Assembly: GCA_010202845.1 (NCBI GenBank)
Contig: CP047921.1
Span: forward strand, 540,001-572,000
DNA: 32,000 nucleotides
Source: Candidatus Saccharibacteria bacterium oral taxon 488
GTDB lineage: Bacteria; Patescibacteriota; Saccharimonadia; Saccharimonadales; Saccharimonadaceae
Reading direction: 5' to 3'
The notes under the pieces are model-generated. The model ran no database searches. It was not told the DNA's origin and saw nothing but the letters and a program-made list of their open reading frames with translations. Shown piece after piece: positions 26,933 to 32,000 of the stretch. Both the position numbers and the translations under genes were made by a program. The first letter of the stretch is position 1. The number at the start of each line of letters is the position of its first letter.

Positions 26933-28351
26933 GTGAAAACAGCTGTGAAAAGAAAAGTACCTGAATTTATCAAGCGATCATTAGGGCGCATACCACGACT
27001 GCCAGTGCCAGCACCCGTTTGGCAATTGGATAAAATCGACGAGAGCTTAACGCCAAATATGCGTGCGCTACGGATGACGATGGCAATTGCCGAGGAGCTA
27101 CTGGCAATGGGAGTGACCGCACGAGACGTCGTGCACATGGCCTTGGGAATTACTGATACCTACTGCAGACGGCGTGTTCATATTGATGTTAGCTCAACAC
27201 TCATCACCATGTCCCAAGATCGCGGCACCGAACGTGAACCGCTCACCTTAGTGCGAACGATCACCTTAAAATATGTTAATTACCAAACTATCCAAGCCTT
27301 GCAAAACCTTGCGCTATTAATTCGTGACACTCATTTGCCATTAGCCGAGGCAGAGCAACGTGTCGAAGAAATCCTCGCTAGCCCACGCGAGTACTCGCGC
27401 TGGGTCACCTGTTTGGCGGGCGGTGGTGTATCAATGGGTGTGGTGATTTTATTTAACGGCTCAATTCTGATGAGCGGACTGGCGTTTGTGATGGGCTTCG
27501 TGGCGACGGCGACGATGAGGATTCTGGACAAATGGGGCCTCGCAACATTTTACCTCCAAATCATCACCGCACTCTTAATCACCCTGGCGGCGGGCGCTGC
27601 CCAGTGGCTGAATGGCTGGCTGGGCTGGCAGGTTGATACGACAATGCTGGTGATCAGCGGTATCGTGCTATTGGTGGCGGGGTTGATGATCGTCGGCGCC
27701 TTTCAGGATGCGATTGACGAATACTACGTGACGGCAAATGCCAGACTGCTGCGGGTGATTATGGCGACGATTGGTATCATTGTCGGCGTGATGACCGGGC
27801 TATACATCATTCAGCGATTTGGCATCAGTTTTCCAACGACGCCGGATCGGCTGGGGCTAGCGGCAGACATACGGGCGCAATACTTGGGGGCGCTGATTAT
27901 TGCTGCTGGTTTCGCGGCCGGCAATCACGCGCGTTTGTTCGGAATGCTGATTGCCGGCGGTGTTGGCGTGTTGGGATGGTGGGTGTCAAGTACGCTAATT
28001 GGGTCACTCGGAGTTGTCATCGCCAGCGGCGCCGCAGCAACAGTGGTCGGATTGACAGCGGTACTCGCGTCCCGACTATGGCGCTTTCCTTCAGTGGCCA
28101 TTATTGCTGCTGGCATCGTACCGCTGGTGCCGGGTTTGTCGCTCTATAACGGCTTGATGGGTGTGATAGAGAATCCGCCAACCGACCCTGAATTTTTACT
28201 GTCACTGGCCGTCCTCGCACGAGCTATCATGATCGGCGTGGCCATCGCCATCGGTGCATCGCTTGGTAATATGATCGGCCGACCAGTACGGCGCGGTATG
28301 ATTCGCTGGTATAATAAGCTCCTGCGACGACGAGAGCTTAACATTCAATAA
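26933..28351 (+). CDS. Threonine/serine exporter (ThrE) family protein, fused YjjP-like plus YjjB-like modules
   Basis: 472 aa. A soluble N-terminal region (MTMAIAEELLAMGVTARDVVHMAL...) is followed by about 10 TM helices in two blocks, as in ThrE (DUF1212+DUF3815). GTG start; the internal ATG at 27059 is an alternative. Confidence 0.78.
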   Translation: MKTAVKRKVPEFIKRSLGRIPRLPVPAPVWQLDKIDESLTPNMRALRMTMAIAEELLAMGVTARDVVHMALGITDTYCRRRVHIDVSSTLITMSQDRGTEREPLTLVRTITLKYVNYQTIQALQNLALLIRDTHLPLAEAEQRVEEILASPREYSRWVTCLAGGGVSMGVVILFNGSILMSGLAFVMGFVATATMRILDKWGLATFYLQIITALLITLAAGAAQWLNGWLGWQVDTTMLVISGIVLLVAGLMIVGAFQDAIDEYYVTANARLLRVIMATIGIIVGVMTGLYIIQRFGISFPTTPDRLGLAADIRAQYLGALIIAAGFAAGNHARLFGMLIAGGVGVLGWWVSSTLIGSLGVVIASGAAATVVGLTAVLASRLWRFPSVAIIAAGIVPLVPGLSLYNGLMGVIENPPTDPEFLLSLAVLARAIMIGVAIAIGASLGNMIGRPVRRGMIRWYNKLLRRRELNIQ

Positions 28352-28366
28352 GCCCGGGGAATACTC

Positions 28367-31300
28367 TTATTTCAAGACTACGCACTCGTCGCCCAGTGTC
28401 TGACGCAGCTGACTCATGAGCTGATCGCCAGCCTCAACACGAAACGGCATGCGCATGGCGGATTTATTAGCCTCACCCAGCACTAGCACTACATCAGTCA
28501 CGCCAGCGTATGCGGAGCAGAGCGACTTGAGTGCTACTAGTTTATCATGGTCGCTCGGGTTTTTGATATGAAGAAATAGCTTTTCTGTCTCGGGCACGGC
28601 GTGCGTGACTGCTGGACGCGGTGGCGTGTTTGTCGTGTCGGCCGGTGTTGACTTCATGTTCGTCCCTTTCGCTGTCGATACTCGGGCTGCGCCTGCTCGC
28701 TGAGTCGTTTGAGTTCGAAATGCCGTACGCCGCTCTTGCTTGACCTTGCTACTCATCTTTGGCGCTTCCATTTTACGGCCAGTCGACTGATACTGCCGGA
28801 GATCATCGTCAGAAATCAGTTCAATTTCATCAGCAATCATCTTGCTCTCTGAGCCCAAATTACCATCCCGATCACGGGCTGAGTTTTTGCCGGTCACCCG
28901 AATGACAGCGTCCTGGACAAGTTTGGCGCCGACTTGCTCATACAAATTCGGAAAGACGATAACTTCGCCCTCGCCAAACTTATCTTCGATCCCAACGAAT
29001 GCCATCTTGCTGCCTGACTTGGTAACGATGGTGCGCACCGTCGTGATAATACCGCCGATCGTCATCAGGCGACCGTCATATTCTGGCACCAGCTGCGTTA
29101 ATGGCTGCGCTTGCTCACTGAGATATGTTTCATACGCATCGAGCGGGTGCGCCGAAATATACAGCCCCATCAGCTCGCGCTCCCACATCAGCCGCTCTTT
29201 GTTGGTGTGTTTGGCCGGCGCTGGCTGTAGCTGTATCGTTGACTGAACATCAGCCGACTCATCACCAAGCATACCAAACAGGTCAGTCTGCCCCGACGCG
29301 GCCTCTTTCTGAGTCTTTTGAGCAAAGGCGACAATGGTGTCAAGATTAAACAACAAGTCAGACCGGTCGCCAAAGCTGTCAAAGGCGCCAGTTTTGATCA
29401 GCGACTCCCAGGCCTTGCGATTGAACTTGCTGGTCGATACTCGCTTGGCAAAATCTTCGACCGACTTGAACGGGCCATCAGCCTCGCGAGCACGAATAAT
29501 TTCTTCCACCGCGCCGACACCGACGCCCTTGACCGCCGCCATGCCGAAACGAATCTTCTTTTCACCAGGCACCACCGCGAACTCGACGAATGACTCATTA
29601 ACATCCGGGTTGAGCACTTCAATGCCCATGTGCTTACACTCGGTCATCTCGATGGCCAGGCGCTCAGTATCATCCTGGTCACTGGTCATCAGCGCCGCCA
29701 TGAATGCGTCAGGATAATGCGCCTTGAGATACGCCGTCCAGTAGGCGATCAGGCCATAACACGCCGCGTGCGACTTATTGAAACAGTAGTTAGCAAATTC
29801 TTCCAATGCATCCCAAAACTGCTCAGCGATTTCCTTAGTCGCACCACCAACCTTGACCGCGCCCTCGACAAACTCTGGCTTGACCTTTTTCATCAGATCA
29901 ATTTTCTTTTTACCGACCGCCTTACGCAGGGTGTCCGCCTGACCGCCAGTAAAGCCACACCACTCTTTGGAAATCTGCATAAATTGCTCTTGATAGACCA
30001 AGATGCCGTAAGTATTCTTCAGCGAGTTTTCCATACCGGGGTGCAAGTAGGTGATTTCTTCTTCGCCGTGTTTGCGCTTGATGAATGAGTCGATAAACTG
30101 CATCGGGCCCGGGCGATACAAGGCCACCATGGCGATGATGTCTTCAAAGACACTTGGTTTGAGCTCGCGCAGGTACCGCTTCATGCCAGCCGATTCCAAC
30201 TGGAACACGCCAGTGGTGTCGCCGCGCTGGAATAATTTGTAGGTTTCTTCATCATCCAGCGGCAGCGTTGATAAATCAATATCCGTTTTGTAGACTTTAC
30301 GAATAATACGCAGGGCGTTGTTAATGATGGACAGGTTAGACAAGCCCAAAAAGTCCATCTTCAGTAGCCCGAGCTCCTCAACCGGACCCATGGGGTACTG
30401 CGTCGCCACCACGCCCTTTTGCGCCATCTCCAGGGGCACGTATTTCACCAAATCATCCGGTGCAATCACCACGCCGGCGGCATGCACACCGTGCGAACGA
30501 ATCGTTCCCTCCAGCTGCGACGCAAAGTCATAAACTGTTTTGGCAGTCGGGTTGCTTTCATACTCGTTTTTAAGGTCGGGGTCTTCCTCGAGCGACTTTT
30601 TGATAGGCACATGACGGCCCTGGACGGGTGGCGGAATGAGCTTGGCCAGCCGGTCCGACTCGCCATATGGTACCTGCAGCACCCGCGCCACGTCACGCAC
30701 TGACGCCCGCGCTGCCATGGTGCCAAAGGTACAAATGTTGGCTACCCGTTCTGAGCCATATTTCTTGGCACAATATTCGATCACTTCACCGCGGCGGGTA
30801 TCTTGAATGTCGATATCGATGTCGGGCATGGAAATACGATCCGGGTTGAGGAATCGCTCAAACAGCAAATCATAATGTAGCGGATCAAGGTCGGTGATGT
30901 TCAGCGCATAAGCGATGATTGAACCAGCCGCCGAACCACGTCCCGGGCCAAAGATAATTCCTTGGGATTTGCCCCAGTTGATAAAATCCTGGACGATCAA
31001 AAAGTAGCCGTTATAGCCCATGTTGTCGAGCACGCCGAATTCCATGTCTAGTCGCTCTAGCTGCGCCTCTGATAACTTGGCGCGCAGCTCGTCGTTTGGC
31101 AATTTCTTGGCATCCTCCAGCTTCATACCAGCGTAGCGCGCCGCCATGCCGCTGTACACCAGATGATCCAGATATTCCTTTTCGGACTCACCGTTTGGCG
31201 TTGGAAATTTCGGGATGAGAATATCGCCAAGTTTAATTTCTACGTCACACCGATCGGCGATGGCTTTGGTGTTGGCGATTGCCTGGGGATTGGTTTTTTG

Positions 31301-32000
31301 CCACCGCGAAATGATATCTTCTGGTGTGGTCAAATGGAGCTCAAAATCCTTCAAGCTCATCCGCTTTTCATCACTCAAATACGCACCAGTACCGACGCAC
31401 AGCAAAATCTCATGCGCCTCCTGGTCTTCGTGATTGAGGTAATGGCCGTCGCTAGTCACTACACACGGAATATCCAGTTCCTCGCTGATGCGCTCAATGT
31501 AATCATTGACCTTTTTCTGCTCCGGCCAGTGGCTGCGCGCTTCGGGGTGGCCATGGTCTTGAAGCTCCATGTAGTAGCGATCACCAAACACTGACTTGTA
31601 CCAGCCAGCAATTTCCTTAGCTTTTTCATAATCATCATTACGCAAATTCTCACCCAGCTCACCACCGATACAACCAGACATACAGATGATGCCTTCGTTG
31701 TATTGCTCCAGTAGCTCGTGGTCAATGCGCGGTTTATAGTAGACGCCTTCGAGGTTGGCGATGGTGCTAAGCTGCATCAGGTTTTGATAGCCCTTGTGAT
31801 TCATCGCCAGCAGCGTCAAGTGATAACGTGCCTTGTCCTTGGCGGGGTCACGGTCGTGGCGAGTGCGGGCTGCTACGTAGGTTTCGATGCCGATGATTGG
31901 CTTGATACCAACATTCTTGGCCGCTTTATAAAACTCAATCGCGCCCGACATCGTGCCGTGGTCAGTAATGGCACAGGCCTCCATACCCAGCTCCTTCACC
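28367..32000 (-). CDS. dnaE: DNA polymerase III alpha subunit DnaE (5' end beyond the window end)
   Basis: PHP domain (AITDHGTMSGAIEFY), palm motifs FGPGRGSAAGSIIAYAL and PDIDIDI, HhH, an OB fold and a C-terminal tail. The frame is open to the window edge, so roughly 30 N-terminal residues are missing. Confidence 0.95.
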   Translation of the reverse strand, partial: VKELGMEACAITDHGTMSGAIEFYKAAKNVGIKPIIGIETYVAARTRHDRDPAKDKARYHLTLLAMNHKGYQNLMQLSTIANLEGVYYKPRIDHELLEQYNEGIICMSGCIGGELGENLRNDDYEKAKEIAGWYKSVFGDRYYMELQDHGHPEARSHWPEQKKVNDYIERISEELDIPCVVTSDGHYLNHEDQEAHEILLCVGTGAYLSDEKRMSLKDFELHLTTPEDIISRWQKTNPQAIANTKAIADRCDVEIKLGDILIPKFPTPNGESEKEYLDHLVYSGMAARYAGMKLEDAKKLPNDELRAKLSEAQLERLDMEFGVLDNMGYNGYFLIVQDFINWGKSQGIIFGPGRGSAAGSIIAYALNITDLDPLHYDLLFERFLNPDRISMPDIDIDIQDTRRGEVIEYCAKKYGSERVANICTFGTMAARASVRDVARVLQVPYGESDRLAKLIPPPVQGRHVPIKKSLEEDPDLKNEYESNPTAKTVYDFASQLEGTIRSHGVHAAGVVIAPDDLVKYVPLEMAQKGVVATQYPMGPVEELGLLKMDFLGLSNLSIINNALRIIRKVYKTDIDLSTLPLDDEETYKLFQRGDTTGVFQLESAGMKRYLRELKPSVFEDIIAMVALYRPGPMQFIDSFIKRKHGEEEITYLHPGMENSLKNTYGILVYQEQFMQISKEWCGFTGGQADTLRKAVGKKKIDLMKKVKPEFVEGAVKVGGATKEIAEQFWDALEEFANYCFNKSHAACYGLIAYWTAYLKAHYPDAFMAALMTSDQDDTERLAIEMTECKHMGIEVLNPDVNESFVEFAVVPGEKKIRFGMAAVKGVGVGAVEEIIRAREADGPFKSVEDFAKRVSTSKFNRKAWESLIKTGAFDSFGDRSDLLFNLDTIVAFAQKTQKEAASGQTDLFGMLGDESADVQSTIQLQPAPAKHTNKERLMWERELMGLYISAHPLDAYETYLSEQAQPLTQLVPEYDGRLMTIGGIITTVRTIVTKSGSKMAFVGIEDKFGEGEVIVFPNLYEQVGAKLVQDAVIRVTGKNSARDRDGNLGSESKMIADEIELISDDDLRQYQSTGRKMEAPKMSSKVKQERRTAFRTQTTQRAGAARVSTAKGTNMKSTPADTTNTPPRPAVTHAVPETEKLFLHIKNPSDHDKLVALKSLCSAYAGVTDVVLVLGEANKSAMRMPFRVEAGDQLMSQLRQTLGDECVVLK

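Noticed and set aside
28367-28800. C-terminal approximately 140 aa of DnaE (basic/T-rich linker plus small domain) as a separate fused gene
   Set aside because: The reading frame is continuous. A terminal small domain after the OB fold is common in DnaE-type polymerases, and nothing here indicates an independent gene.

Overview
Compact, almost fully coding bacterial chromosome segment: about 34 protein genes, 3 tRNAs and 1 probable pseudogene, mostly on the minus strand in long co-directional arrays with 2-20 nt junctions. No rRNA, CRISPR array, transposase or integrase is visible. UGA, UAA and UAG all act as stops, so the standard code 11 applies. Housekeeping genes are clear: pyruvate kinase (partial, absent from the ORF track), rnc, nusB, rpmF (49 aa, absent from the ORF track), leuS, ligA, uvrC, dnaE (partial), secG, htpX, lemA, pta, a type IV pilin, an AbrB-linked ABC-2 exporter and a ThrE-family exporter. 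The gene content and the many membrane-anchored hypothetical proteins suggest a reduced-genome Patescibacteria/Saccharibacteria-like organism; this is inference only. The most interesting locus is a tight five-gene operon at 9909-12543, directly downstream of ligA. It alternates (d)NTP pyrophosphatase folds (two Ham1/ITPase paralogues and a MazG-like::DUF1653 fusion) with two small nucleoside-2-deoxyribosyltransferase/Rcl-like proteins. A Nudix hydrolase and two HD-domain nucleotide hydrolases lie elsewhere in the window. A second recurring signal is a -10 box placed exactly 6-7 nt upstream of the start codon of at least seven operon-leading genes that lack a Shine-Dalgarno sequence. This implies leaderless mRNAs, and two cases are about 20-bp divergent intergenic regions with overlapping, near-palindromic -10 boxes. 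Other items are a structured terminator-like RNA element at 8456-8547, a MurF-like ligase lacking the N-terminal domain, and an AT-rich islet between tRNA genes that holds a decayed pseudogene.
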